Positions 12,880-27,126 are shown, counted from the stretch's first letter. The stretch: 64,000 nucleotides of DNA from the human T2T-CHM13v2.0 reference genome, Homo sapiens (GCF_009914755.1 NC_060929.1), one strand, 5' to 3'. A program made the numbers and translations. Notes: generated from the letters alone by a model not told the origin.

Positions 12880-15360
12880 GAGAATCACTTTTCAAATGGA
12901 GGAGGTAAGAACACCCAACAATCTGCTCCTCCGTAAAAGCAAGAAAATAAGTGACGAAAAATGTTAAAATTACCTTTTTCAGAATTCTGTAAATTAAGTA
13001 AATACTTGTTACTACATTTTGAGGAAGGATAAATTTCCTTTCTGCTAATAAAAAAAGGCGCATTATCTGAATTGCAGTAAGAACAGTGAGCTGCAAGCGT
13101 TCCCCATCCCCGTGCCCCTTACCATAGTAGCTCCACACTAAACTTGAAAATCAACGGCCTTATCTGTGAAAGGCAGTGGCCTAGCAGCTACATAAGGGGA
13201 TGAGAGGTTTCAAACTCCCCCAGAATTCTATCTTCAGAGAATGTTTACTATTTGCCCTGTCTGAAAAGCTTCCTCCTTGGGGCTTGTCTTTTTTTTTTTT
13301 TTTTTTTTTTTTAAAGGAGTCTTGCTCTGTTGCCCAGGCTGGAGTGTAGTGGCGCAAACTTGGCTCACTGCAACCTCTGCCTCTCTGCCTCTCAGGTTCA
13401 AGTGATTCTCCTGCCTCAGCCTCCTGAGTAGCTGGGATTACAGGCATGTGCCACCACGCCTGGCTAGTTTTTGTATTTTTAGTAGAGAAAGGGTTTCACC
13501 ATGTTGGTCAGACTGGTCTCAAACTGCTGACCTCATGATCCATCTGCCTCGGCCTGCCAAAGTGCTGGGATTACAGGCGAGGTTTGTCTTTATTTGATAC
13601 TATTTAGAATTCTCTCTGTGTGTACAGCTGTATCTCCAGCACATTTGTATGAAAAATTAGTGGCAGTTGTTTCACGTCACAGCTACCTGAGGAAGCAATA
13701 ACAGTTGGGGCTAGCAATCAGCTGCTAAAAAAAAAAAAAAGAAGAAGAAGAAAATGGAAGAATAAAATGACCATAAAGGGCTTTGTAAAGTGCCTACATA
13801 TTTCTGGAAATCCATAAGGCCACAAAGATGTAGAGGGTTGTACATATATCCAAGAATGATATGAGAAGGGGGTAATCTTCCCCCTCTCCCCGATTTAGAG
13901 GCTCCGTACTAGCAAGAATTGAAGGCTAAAGTAGAGTTGTAATCCTACTGGCAGGAGTTAAATATGTGTTATTGAACACATGAAGAATGCCTGGCCAAGG
14001 CTGGGAGACTTACTGGATCAAGAGATTTAGAAAAATCTTGGTCCAATAATTAGCCGACCACTAAGCCAAACAACCAGAGACTTCAGTGGCCGTACACAAC
14101 AGAATATATAATTTTCAGATTTAGTCCAAAATAATGATTAAGCAAACAAACATCAGCAATGATTTCTTGCTGGGAGGGCACTAGTTGTGGGAATATTCAA
14201 TTACATTTATAGAATTGAAACATTATTTTGTTTAAAATATCGAGTTCTTAAGAAAAGTTACAAAATGTGCAAAGTAACAGACAGGTATGACCAATACACC
14301 GGAAAAAAAGTAATCAATAGAACCTGTTCCTGAGGAAGCCCAAATATTGGACTTTAGAAAGATGTCAAATCACCTATTATATGTATATATATAAAGAACT
14401 AAAGAAAATAATGTATAAATAATTAAAGAAAAGTATGACAATGATGTATCAAAAGAGAAAATATGAATAAGGAGATAGAAATAGTAAAAGAGAACCAAAT
14501 GGAAATTCTGAAGTGGGAAAGTATAATACCTAAAATTAAAAATTTAATAGAAATGCTCTAGAACAGATTTGATTTGGCAAAAGAAAGAATTAGTGAATTT
14601 GAAGATAGGTCAACTGAGAAAATTCGGTATAAAACACAAAGTAAAAAATGAGTAAAGTGACCAGAAATTCAGAGACATTAGGACACAATCATACTAATAT
14701 GTACATAACAGAAGTTTCAAAAGCAGAGGAAAGTGGGAAAAGGACAAAAATAATATTTAAATAGATAAAACCCAACAAATTCTCAAATTGATTAAAAGTT
14801 TTAATAAATACATCCAAAAAGTTCAAAAAACTCCAAATAGGATAAACTCAAAGAGATTCACACCTAAACATACCATAATCAAACTGTCAAAACTAAAGAT
14901 AAAGAGAATTCTTGAATACTACAAGAGAAAGATGATTTGTTACTTGATGATATTATAATAAGATCAGCATTAGGTTTCTCAGCAGAATCCATGATGGCCA
15001 GAAGGCAGTGTAATGATGTATTTAAAATGGTGAAAGAAAAAAGATTGTGAACCAGGAATTCTGTACCCAGTAAAACTATCCTTCATTAAGTAAAGAAGAA
15101 ATCAGAACATTCCCAGATAAACAAAAACTAAGAATATTTGTCATTAGAAGATCTTTTCTACAAAAATACCAAGGAGTCCTTTGAGTTCAAATGAAAGGAC
15201 ACTAGATACTTACTTGAATGTATGCAAAGAAATAAAAAACATCAGCAAAGGTAGCTAGATAGATAAATATGAAAGAAAGTGTAGATATACTTTATAACTC
15301 TATTCTTTTTTCTGTATAACTTAAGGAACGACTTCATAAAGCAATAATTTAAAAATCATG
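12880..15360 (+). mobile_element. Old L1M 5' region plus degraded ORF1
   Basis: A-rich; ORF1-like GAAAGAATTAGTGAATTTGAAGATAGGTC and CCAGGAATTCTGTACCCAGTAAAACTATCCTTCA; L1M 5'-like CTGCTCCTCCGTAAAAGCAA. Confidence 0.75.
13289..13579 (-). mobile_element. AluS (Sg/Sc-like), about 20 bp 5'-truncated
   Basis: Poly-T and Alu body ending TTACAGGCG; imperfect TSD containing TTGTCTTT on both sides. Confidence 0.93.
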
Positions 15361-15364
15361 TTCT

Positions 15365-15700
15365 TCAGATATTCTGAGTTCCTGGCATCTACACATGAAA
15401 TTTAATATTAGTTTGTCAGTTTCTACAGAAAAGCCAGCTGGGGTTTTGGTAGGAATTGCTTTGGATATATAGATCAATTTGAGGTACAGTCCCATCTTAA
15501 GAATATTAAATCTTTTGGTCTATGAGGTATCTTTCCATTTATTTGGGCCTTCTTTAATTTCTCTCAGCAATATTTTGTAATTTTCAGAGTAAAAGTTTTG
15601 CATTTCTTTTGTTAAATTTATTCGTAAGAGTAATATCCTCTTTATGCTATTTTAAGTGGAACTGTGGTTTTAATTTCCTTTTCTATTGTTCACTGCTACA
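15365..15700 (-). mobile_element. L1M ORF2 fragment, antisense
   Basis: AGTTTGTCAGTTTCTACAGAAAAGCCAGCTGGGGTTTTG...TATAGATCAATTTG. Confidence 0.75.
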
Positions 15701-16649
15701 ACTGATTCAGAACAGTTTTATAGGAATAGTTTTAATCACTGTTTAGGTAACTTGTATAACAGGTTTGGTTTTAGGAAAGAGAAAAGTAGACTCATTCAAC
15801 TTTTTATAGTTACCATGACTAATGCTGCTAAAATTAGAAATGTTTTTGCCAAACCACAATTTTGGAAGAGGAGATCTGAGATAGATAACCATGTAAATAT
15901 TTCAATACTGGAATACGTTTTTTATGAGGGTTGATAAGATCTTACCAGATGATTCCATGGGTTTGCAGACAAAGAAATTGGTAGAAATTCAATTCAGATT
16001 CTTGGAAAATGCAGTTGCTCTTTGACAGAACTCAATGAGAATTTTGAAGTAAACTATGAGAACTCTGATACCATTTGGTAGAAGGTAGTTCTATGAATTT
16101 TGGTTTTAAAACTTTGCTATCATCAGAATAAAACATTTTGAATTCATTAAACAAATTGAATATACTGTATATACTTTCAGCTTCCCATATAAGCCAAATA
16201 ACAGCAGCTGTCTATTGAAATTAACTTTTATGAAGAAATAAAGTTTATATTTGGTTTTGCTTGTGCAACTTACTAAAGTTGTTTACAGGAAGTGAGTGTT
16301 ATTTTGCACAAAAAATTAGAAAAAGAGGATCAGACTTTTATTCAGCATTGTCTCTATGGTTTATATAGATAAAATCACCAAAGCATAAACATTAAATGTA
16401 TGCATATTTTGTATGTATATGTTCATGTGTCTGTCATCTGCTTTTGAAAAGGTCCCAAATATCTAATAAATTAGAAACCATTGTTATATAAAATGGTTTA
16501 AATAATTCAATTTAGGCTTCAAGGACAAGTGTGTACTTTCATTTTAGAATTATTGATTTGTATTTTTTCTTTTTCATTCTATACTCAGTTGCTTGCTCAA
16601 AATCTATATTTAATTATTTAATAAAGTTGCAAACTTAACATTTCCAATA

Positions 16650-16800
16650 TTGTCTCCTGATTTACTCCTACTAAAGATGTTCCTCCCACAGTTTCCCTCA
16701 TCTCGATTACTGACAGCTCTTTGCCTCTAGTTGCTCAGGAGAAAAGCCCTAGTCATTCTTGAATCTGGTTTCTCATACCCCACGTTCAATCTACCTGAAC
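16650..16800 (+). mobile_element. L2 fragment
   Basis: TCCTCCCACAGTTTCCCTCATCTC...TAGTTGCTCAGG...AGTCATTCTTGA. Confidence 0.6.
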
Positions 16801-16904
16801 ACTGTGTTACTTTCTTTACAGTGACTGTCTCATTTAGTGCTAACAAACCTATGCAGTAGGTATTATTTCTACATTTAAATAAATAAACATTAATAAAAGA
16901 CAAC

Positions 16905-17110
16905 CATAATCATAGCATTTACTATGTACCAGGTACTGCTCAAGACATCTTACCTATAATAGCCCAAATTATCCTACTAGTAACTCTATATGGTTGTTAC
17001 AATTATCATATCCATTTTACATGTGGAAAACCCAAGGAATACAAGGCCAAGTATCTGTCCAAATTCTCATAATTAGTAAGTGTAGGAGCCAAGTTTCAAA
17101 CCCAAACATA
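16905..17110 (-). mobile_element. MIR
   Basis: CATTTACTATGTACCAGGTACTG; CCATTTTACATGTGGAAAA; GGAGCCAAGTTTCAAACCCA. Confidence 0.7.
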
Positions 17111-17500
17111 GTACACTAAAATACCTCAAGCACTTGCAACTCTAAAGAGGAAGTTTTAGAAAAAGTTCCTAAATGAAATACTTCATAATTAACAGATACT
17201 AAATGTATAGGATTTTATTTTCCTTTCCTTACCGATATCCAACACACATTTATAGTTTTCCATACGTGCCAAATATTAATGCAAAAAGATGACTCCAGTG
17301 TGTTTATTGCCCAGAGAAAGATCATAATCACATAGGAGAAGAGAGAAGAAATTAAAAAATGAATAAATGAATGAAGTTGTTGTCATTAAAATATGAAATA
17401 TATGAGTATTTTGCACATATTATAAGATGGAATGCTAAATGTATTGCAACAATCACTTGTGATACACAAATAAGTGAGTAAAATAGAAATAAAGTATTCA

Positions 17501-17677
<177 letters not shown>

Positions 17678-20600
17678 TTATTTTCTTTTCCACTAAGAAA
17701 CACAAACTGCATCTACAAGGTATGTATGATAGAAAATGAAATTAAATGAAAGGTCTGAAAGATGCGTTTTGAACTAAACAAAATACAACTTTAGATTTTA
17801 GGGGTATATGAATACATTGCATTTTTCTTACAGAGCATTTGGCAGATAAAATCCAGTTTGTAAATTGCATAATTGTAATGGTGTTATATAAGATGTTAAA
17901 TATATTAATTGCGACAGAGTATTTAACCAAAGTTCTTTCTCTTTTTCACAGAAACAAGTCACGTGCAGAGAAAAGGTAACAACTGATAGATAAAGATATT
18001 TTGAAACATGGGTCTTAAATATTTACAGAGTTTAGAAAAGAATTATTTTTAATTCTCAACTGCACAATGTTTAAGGCTTCTCAGATTATTTAAGTTATTG
18101 ATATTTACCTCTGTTTCTATCAAACATGCAGTAGAGAAAATAAGAGAAATTGTTCAAAAACTATTCTCTATAAGGAAGTTCATTTTAGTAGCAAGTACAT
18201 CTTGCTGCTTGAATACTTCCTTTTAAATGAACTCTTGATGATGTAAAAGAACAAGATTTATCCTTAAAGATGTAAAAGAACAGTCCAGTAGAATAAAGTA
18301 CATGTGTTTTCTATGTAAATTGCAAAGATGAAAAACATTTTACTTCATGGCATTAAAGTCACAGGTCAAAGTCAAGAGTTTATTGCCAATTTAGAGGAAA
18401 ATTTCTTTTCAATGACATATGGCATGACCTTCAACTTCTACTAGTTGTGGAATGGTTAAGGTCATCTCTTCGTACATTCAGAAAATCCAAATGATGTACA
18501 TGACAAATGGTAGAGTCTATCGTAACTGATTTCTGGGGCAAACACAGTAAAATATTGCACAGTGGGATGAAAGGTTATTGACCTTATGATATTATGTCTG
18601 ACACTAATCATTATTTACCAATTGAACTATTTGAAAGGATAGTTAATATTTTGTTTGTTATTTTTTCTGATCGTTTATAAGAATTGGAAAGGCTCTGCCC
18701 CTCCCTGCACCCCACTAAATGGAATACAGCTATTTCTGTTGGGATTTTGTCAACTAAGGACAAGTTTTAATGAACAAAAGAGTGTTTTAATTTACTTTCT
18801 TTCAATGCAGTTTTTCTTTTTTGCCTCAGTTTTAGTCAGAATTTTTTTTAGCCTCACACAATGGGAAAAAATACGAACCTTCATGAAGAGTTAAAATTTC
18901 AGGTTAATACTTTATCATCCAGAAAGAAAAATAAATACTGAGTATTCACTCTTTATATACTAAAACTATCCTGATTTTTTTTTAAGAAAGCCTCAATAAA
19001 CACTGATTTAGACATGCTTCATCTATCTCGTCTCTAAAATGTGCTCTATTTCTGGGTTCTGTAGCCCTGCCAGTGGGATTTTTTTCTCTTTCCCTAAGTT
19101 GACATGTTCTCACCTATTGTCCTTTCTCATACTCTCCAGAAGTCCAATTGCCAATTAACAACTGCTACCCAGAGATTTTCTCATAGCACATTGGACTAAG
19201 GCTATTGTCCTTTTTCACTATATGGCCCATTCATTATAGGACTTTGGCTTCTTTTTGTATTTTGAAACCTTAATACATCTAAGCACCACATATGCATTCA
19301 TCTGCTGTTCTTTTTATGTAAACCATGGTCTAAATTTCTCCGCACTAAAAATGCATTAGAGATCATCATTTGAATTTGCTTTAGGCAACTGGAGATATGA
19401 CAAGAAAGAAGCACTAAATAAATGAATTTGCCCAACTGTTAAACCTATGAGGGGCAGGCAATGTGTATCCCATGCACTATTCTCCAAGTCTTCTTGACAT
19501 GATCTAAAGCAGTAAACTTGAGCACCCAGAGTATCTGTGTAACCTAGGAAAATGGGCTCACTCTGGGCCCACTATTCGTGGGACTGCAGATAGAAAGAAT
19601 CCTAGAAGCTGTAGTTGCAAAATAAAATTCTTCTATATCTTTCATTATGCAAGGTTTGTCTTAAGTTATTCTATTATTATTACTTTTGTTGTTATTATGT
19701 CTATTTTCAGGTTTGTTACTTTGCCTATACTATTACTCTACTAATATTTCTATTATTCTAGAATCAACCTTGCTATGCCCCTAACTTTGAAGCAACAAAG
19801 GAAAGTTTTCTATTTTAAAAATAGAGATGTCTCTATAATAGGCTGTAAAATGGCCCAAATGTGAGACCAAATGTCATGAAGAACTTTCCAGGTAACTTTG
19901 GCTTAAGAGCTGTAAGAAGTTGCGCATCATCACTAGCCAGTGAAAGTAAAGCACAGAGTATTTATGAGAATATGATAAAAACCAGGCTAAAATCCTTTCT
20001 TAGGAAAGCTCACAAGAAAGGAACTCAAAATGTCTGGCTCCCTTTTTAGGAAAAGTGTTCCAAGAACAGAAATGTCCCAGGCCAGGAAACAACCTATTCC
20101 CATCACTTTTTTAAAGATACATCCTAGTCTGCCTTCTTTCCTTTACAGCATCGTTTACCCATGTAGGATATTTTGAAAAGCATCCATCTCTCTAAAATGC
20201 TTTTTTCCTAATAAGTTATTTAACCTATTGAAATAATTATTTTAAATGGTAAACTAGGACATTGATGATACTGAGGCAGTTTTCTTGTAGAAGGGATGAC
20301 TGGGTTGTCATTGTTTTGGGAAAATAAGAGCAATTCCATTGTTCTTAAGAACGGATAATTTAGTATATAATAAAAAAGGCGTATTAAAAAACTAAAAAGC
20401 TAAAAATGGTATGTTCTTCAAAAGTTGGTCTATAACTAACTTTATTCACTTCTTCACCATGAAACAAACAAAAATTTCCCTTCTCCTCATACATAAACAT
20501 CCTCATAAAAAAGTGCAGTTTCTAGTCTGCATTTTTCTGAATCTGTCTCAAGGAAGGTGAGTTTCAAACGAGTACCTTAACAAAGGAAACACTCGCATTT

Positions 20601-20733
20601 CCTCATCTATGTGGTATTACTTGTATTTTATGAATGCCTTACAAACAATCAGTTCTTTCTTTTTTGGAGCCAGGCATCTATGAGACAGATCAGTTACTGA
20701 ATTTAGAAGCACTACAGTTACTTGTAGAGTCCC

Positions 20734-20912
20734 TGCATTTCTCGGGGTTATCCAGAAAAATAGAACCAAGAGTATGTATATATATATATATATACAAGCC
20801 CCATGCACACATATACAAAAGAGTGTGTGTGTATATATATAGAGAGAGAGAAAGAGAGAGAGGAGATTTATTATGGGAATTGTCTCATGAGATTATGGAG
20901 ACCAAGAACTCC
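20734..20912 (-). mobile_element. Inverted partial copy of the adjacent MLT2 LTR 3' end
   Basis: Reverse complement of about 21425-21599; includes (TA)n and (GA)n tracts. Confidence 0.9.
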
Positions 20913-20974
20913 AAAATTAATTTGGGACAAATAATTGCAAACCAAAGCTTGAGGTTGCATGTCTGATTGAGAAC

Positions 20975-21599
20975 TGTGATGGTTAATTTTATGTGTCAAC
21001 TTGAGTAGGCTATGGGATGTCCAGATAGCTGGTAAAATATTCTTTCCGGGTGTGTCTGTGAGGGTATTTCCTGAAAAGATGATAATTTGAATAGGAAGAC
21101 TAAGTAAAGAAGATCATATTCACTGGTGTAAGTGCACATTATCCAATCTGTTGTGGGCCTAAATAGAACAAAACGGAAGAAGAAGGGCGACTTTTTTCTG
21201 TCTCTATTTCAGCTGAGACTGGGACATCCATCTTCTCTTGCCCTCAGACATTGACATTCCTGATTCTTCAGCCTCCGGACCCAACCGTAGACCCTCCTCC
21301 ACTATACCTAGTCTCAGGTCTTTGGATCAGGAGTTACACCATCAGCTTCCCTTGTTCTCAGGATTTTGGACTTGGACTAAATTACAACCACCAGCTTTCC
21401 TAGTTCTCCAGATTGCAGACTGTGGGAGTTCTTGGTCTCCATAATCTCATGAGCCAATTCCCATAATAAATCTCCTCTCTGTCTTCTCCCCCCTCTCTCT
21501 ATATATACACACTGTTGTGTATATATGTATGTATATATATACACACACAGACACACACACACTTGGTTCTGTTTTTTCTGGATAATCCCGAATAATGCA
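20975..21599 (+). mobile_element. ERVL solo LTR, MLT2B/D-like
   Basis: Starts TGTGATGGTTAATTTTATGTGTCAACTTGA, ends ...AATAATGCA; 5-bp TSD AGAAC/GGAAC. Confidence 0.93.
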
Positions 21600-22869
21600 G
21601 GAACTCTACTAGTGACTGTAGTGTTTTTAAATTCAGATGGTACCTTAAATTATAGATAGAAAAGCTCAGATCCAAAATCTTAAGTTATTACTCTCAGGTC
21701 ATAAAATAAGTATGTCACAAAGCTGAAAATAAAACCTGAAATACTGATTCTTGGATTGGCACTCTAGCCTCCAGTGTATCACTCTGCTTTTCCAACCTCA
21801 GTTGACCAAATTCTCCCTTAGACTGTCTTACACAAACCTATTGTTTTATATATTAAAATGAGGAAATAATTTTTTAGTTTTGTTTTGTGTATACAAGCAA
21901 TACAGTAATTCTTTTTATCTCCATTTCTAAGGTATTTAACCTGAGTCTTTATGGAATTTCCCAGGCCACATCTCCCATCAAATTCTCGACTATGAATTTC
22001 TAAGGAACTATAGACTTTTATACTACAAGTAACAAACCTACGTTCAAAGACAGAAATAACTTCTGCAAATTAATAAGGAAAGAAAATGTCAGAATCTGGG
22101 CATATTTCATGTGTTGTGATGGTGCCAATCTCATGGACTGTCTACTCCTGGTTTGGTGTGCTCTTACAAGAAAAGTGTCAAAACCTTGGTCAAGTGCAAT
22201 GCACAGGAGTTGCATCCACGACAGCAGTTAGTCAGAAAGAAAAGGTATTATCCAAGGATGCTACAATATAGTATCTTTCCACTTGAATTAATCATTTTCA
22301 GAAAATAAGACTAAAAGTACTGTTAAGAAGCAACAAGGGCAAAAGGGAGATTTACTGCTGATCGAAATGGACTAGTAATCTTTGTTCATCCTCATAAAAA
22401 TCATGCAGTGCAGCAGGGGGGAGAAATTAAAGAAGCATTTAGAAGGCCAGTGGCAATGGTATATCATTGTAAAGACAAAAGAATGAGAGCATATTAGGTG
22501 AACCATAGCACCAAAGAAAGAGAAGTAGGTGCCTGCTGTCCTCCTTTGATCTTACCTTATTCATCACGGCAAACTTGTCTATGTAATATACGAAGTTTCT
22601 CCTTACAGGAAAAGAAAAATATTTTGAAAGAGACATATAAAATCTTCTTGTGCAATTCTTTATGTATATGTAAAAATATATTTCTGCCAGAATTGGAAGA
22701 TGAATCATATTTGTAGTATTTGCTAAAATGTAAAAATTTTGTTGACAACAGAGTTGACAACAGAGATACATGCTTTAGATTACTTTTGTGGTAATGCTTG
22801 ACAAAATTTTCTATAGAGATTTTAGTTTCTATCGATATTTTAACCTTTCTGATGTGCTTTCATGCCCTT

Positions 22870-23175
22870 TTCTCCATTCATTTATTTGTTTACAGATATT
22901 TGTGAAATGGCTGCTGTGGCTGGACTCTGTCCTAGATTCTGGTGACGCATTGGTGAATAAGTCAAACCTTGCTCTGACTGTTGGAAGCTTATATTTTCAT
23001 GGTGGAAAGACAAATAATGAACAACTAAATAAACAAGATGTTTTTAGAGAGTGACAGAAGAACTAAAATCAGGTTGGTAAGAGTGTAAGTTCCTATTAGG
23101 AGCTAATCGAAAGTGGTCTGGGAGGATCACTGTGATGAGGGGACTCTAGAGTGAGAAGGAGCTAGCCAGGGGGAA
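22870..23175 (-). mobile_element. L2 3' end
   Basis: CATTCATTTATTTG tail; GTGAATAAGTCAAACC...GGAAGCTTATATT. Confidence 0.65.
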
Positions 23176-23189
23176 GATTATTATTAATT

Positions 23190-23340
23190 TCTTTTAAGCA
23201 CTCTGAGAGGTATTTTGACCCTGTGCTGATGCACCTATTTTACGAAATAGGAACATGAGACACAGAGAGAATAGCTGACTCCCCTAGGGAGCACAGTGCA
23301 TTAATAGCATAGCCAAGGCTAAACCCAGGCCTTCTCATTT
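23190..23340 (-). mobile_element. MIR fragment
   Basis: CCTATTTTACGAAATAGGAACATGAGACACAGAGA; AAACCCAGGCCTTCT. Confidence 0.55.
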
Positions 23341-23699
23341 TTCTATAACCATGTTTAAAATATGAGAAATACATGGTAGATTAAGATTTATAGTATTATG
23401 GATTGGTAAAATAAATGTAAAATAAAATATTCATTATTCTGGAGTGATGTATATTTTTCTCACTCAGTGTTATTGGATTTGTTTTCTGTGTTTTTTGTTT
23501 GCTTTAGTGCAGCTTATGTCTGTTTGTGTATTATGAACCAGTGCTTTAGAGTACTCATTTCTTTAAAAAACTGTTAGTAAACTTAAATTAGCAATTATGT
23601 ATGTTTAAAAGTACATATTTTACCAATAAAGAGAAGGATTTCAAATAGTTTTATATTAGCAGGATTCAAGAGTGAAATACATATACTTTTCTTCCCAGG

Positions 23700-24210
23700 C
23701 CCTTGTGACCATTTTCTAAACTTCTGTATTTTAGGAATCCCCCACTAAAGATAAAACTGCCAGACACTCAGTCTCCCAGCATCCCTTCTGGCTTGTCTAG
23801 GACAATTGGTGGCATCACCCCATATTCTGAGTTAGGAACTAGAAAACAAATGAGCAAGGGTGAGAATCCATTTTCAGGATCGATGGTGGCCTAGCAACAA
23901 CATCATTCATATTTCAGGGGCATCAGAGAAGGCAGGGTCAGTGCCATGCAGAGTGCCCAGAGCCAGCTACAGCGGCAGTGCAGGGGTAGCATCTGGTACT
24001 CATGGGCCAGGAGTCTTCTCTGAGGTTTGGATTTTGGGGTATGACTTTGCTGCTGCTCTTGCTCTTGCCTAGCTGTTTTTGGTTTGTCCATTTCTGAGAT
24101 GCTTATCAGACTGTGAACATGTCAATGTAATATCAGTAAATGTCTTCTCTGGTTAAATAGGTCAGAAGTGCTTTCTGTTGCTTGTAACATTCAAATCATG
24201 TCTAGATACA
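23700..24210 (+). mobile_element. Old MaLR LTR (MLT1G/H-like)
   Basis: CTCCCAGCATCCCTT near the start; 3' end GCTTTCTGTTGCTTGTAAC...GATACA. Confidence 0.55.
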
Positions 24211-24227
24211 GCTTCTCTGAATAAAAT

Positions 24228-24365
24228 TATATGTGCATATATATACACACACATATATATGTATGTATATAGGTACATATATGTGTATGTATATAGGTAC
24301 ATATATATGTATGTGTGTATATATATATAAATATATATGTATATATAAAAATATATATATGTATA
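24228..24365. repeat. (TA)n/(TATG)n compound microsatellite
   Basis: Read directly; includes a duplicated ~24-bp unit containing GTATGTATATAGGTACATATAT. Confidence 0.95.
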
Positions 24366-27126
24366 ACAGATATTACCTTTATTAGAAATCTCAGATTGGA
24401 GCTAGGTCAGAAGACAAATATATGAAATTTAAAATATCTCCACAGGAAAATTCTGCTCCTATTGAGAACCTCTGGAATTTTAAATTCATTGAGTCCTAAG
24501 GCAGAAATCAGTGGTGGGGGAGGTGGGGGGTGGGGTGAAGTGAAATAAACATTTGGTTGAATTTTGTCTTTTGTGGGTACAAGATTCTGAGCATTATGGA
24601 AATACATTTTGCAAACACAATTGAGGGAGCCTGAGAATCACGGGAGATGCCACATATATAAACAAAGCCAATCTGTTACAAATTAATCTTAAACATATAT
24701 AAAAACATATGGATAAAACACTTTTCAAAAAAAGTTTTAAAATATTTATAGTATATGTTTTGTGAAAATTATATTGAACAAATAAGAGCGAATTTCTTTA
24801 ACCAATCTTTTTCTACTGGTTTTAGTCTCTACATTCACAGAGTCTCATATTTGGAGGAAACAATAAAGCCCCCCAATAAACTAAAAGTAAACAAACAAAC
24901 AAACATAACCACCCTATCTCTAAAAGAAACAGAGGAAATAAAAAGCCTACTAGCCATATCCTGAATGGTGAAATGCCCCAAATTTGCAAACATATTACAT
25001 AAGTGAAATATTAGTGCCGAAGTGTGAAATGGCTTGCATTTCTTTAATAATTTTCTGCTTAGGAAGAGTGGGTGACTTTTTGAGGTGAAAAATAAAGATT
25101 TTATTTTTCAAAAGCATATAAACCATAAACTCAAATTAAATTAGCAAAATATGTGCTTGCCATTTTTATAGGACGTCATCAGGCACAATTTTTGACTTGC
25201 TCTATCTGCATGCTATGACTATTACACCAGTTGGCATAGGATTTTACTTCAAGAAGCTAACAGATAATTAACCATCTGAACAGCCTCGTGAGTGGCTCTC
25301 TTACTTGTATTGGAGAAATTATATATGCAGATGACATTGCAACATTGTCATTTCTACCTCATTACTATTTCTTGTTTCTTTATTTATATTTCCGGTCCTG
25401 GGTGATAATGATTTGTCATTCAATATAGTAACCATCATCCTTTAAGATCCCAGTATAAAGCACAAGTATAAACTCAGCCTTATTTTAAAATGTAACACAC
25501 AATTATGCTGCTATCAAAGAGTTTAGTGAAATGTTCTTGTGATGCATTACAAATATAAACATTCCATTGTTTCAGCAGAATTGAGGCTCATATAAAAACA
25601 GAGGGCACTTGGCAGACAGGTATCAAAGTTTAGGCATAATTAATATCCTTCTCTGACCCACAGGTCAAGAACTAGGCTTACATCAACACTGACTAATTTA
25701 GATTAACAAAGGTTTATCAAGCAAGCAGCAGGGGATCCATTGGAATGCCATAAATAACTGAATAGTGTTATATGGAATCAAGAGGATATCGACTGAGTTG
25801 CTGTCCTGGGAACACTGGCGTGGCTTCTAATTTTCTTCAGCACTGCTCTATAATAGGACTACCCTGCATGTGTTTCCAGATGGTGGTTTTTCCTGAGTGC
25901 CAAAGTTAAGTCAATGCCACTAGGGAAAGTGGGAGAGGGCTAAGGAAACTGTCCTACTATCCACATTTAGGGAATTCTAACTGAAGGAATGATTTCATCT
26001 CTCAGCATCTCTTAGTGACTTAATATTCAAAAATTTTAACTGATATTGTTTCATTTACCACAAGATAGAAATTCCAGCAATGTAAATTAGTTATTAATAA
26101 GTCCTAGATTTCATTGTTAAAAAGTTAAATTTAATGATTCTACAGGGAATACATTTAAAGGAACAAAGTAAAAGTGAGAAGAAGTAATAAAACATAAAAT
26201 TCAGTGTTTTAGCTCATGTCTTTCAAAAGCTTTATAGACCTAATTCCAACACTTTGCAATTGTTCTTGTGTACCTCTTGTCCCCCCTTCCAAGTTTCTCA
26301 CACTCCTCATTGACTCAAAACCTGTTATTTTCCAAGTCCCATCCAAATCATCTCTAATCCTAGTTTTGGAAGACCATTTTCATCTTCCTCCTGACCTCCC
26401 TCCCGTTCTTTGTCTCTTGTGATTTTATTATGTCAGCTTCACCTATAGATAGGCTTTTTCTCCTGTCCACATCAAGCCTCTGTGGTTCATTCCTTCTCTG
26501 CTGGCTCTCCATTTCACCTTTTTAAAAGTCTAGGAATTAGCTTGACTGAGAAAACTTCTCTATAGAAGGTAGAGAAAGGTGGAGGAAAGTTAACTGAGAA
26601 GACAATTAAGACTGGTGTGAGATGATAGAAATGTTGTGATGCCATGAAAGGGAAGGATGTTTTGATTTTCTTTGGTTGTTTGAATATCTGTCACTTACCA
26701 TCTTGTATATAGTTTTGCTGCTCTAATTTCAGTATTGATTTTATAAATCCCAACTTTCATTTTGTTTTTCATAGCACAACAAAAGAAGTTCCCTGAACTT
26801 TGAACAGTAAAGTCAAATTACATGGAAACCAAATGTCTATAGGTCTTTATAATCCTAAATTATGTGTTACTCAAGAAATGGCATAATTAATGCAACCTAG
26901 GTAATTGTACAACATGTGCATGCCTTAAGAGACCTGGATTCTCTAGTACTATGCTCTCCATGTAAATGCCCGAGTTTTATGTTGCTACTTACATTCAGAT
27001 TTATAGAAGCAACCTGAGAAAAATCTAAGTGAAGGCTGTATCATATTAATTTCCTCTCAGTGAATATCCTATGGATTTTCCTAAAATATCAGTATGTACA
27101 TTTTGACATATTTGAATATATAGCTC

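Noticed and set aside
15360-15370. Sense-to-antisense L1M junction as a twin-priming inversion
   Set aside because: Too diverged to find a TSD or show both parts are one insertion
24510-24536. G-rich run as a G-quadruplex
   Set aside because: Only three clear G3+ tracts and no supporting context
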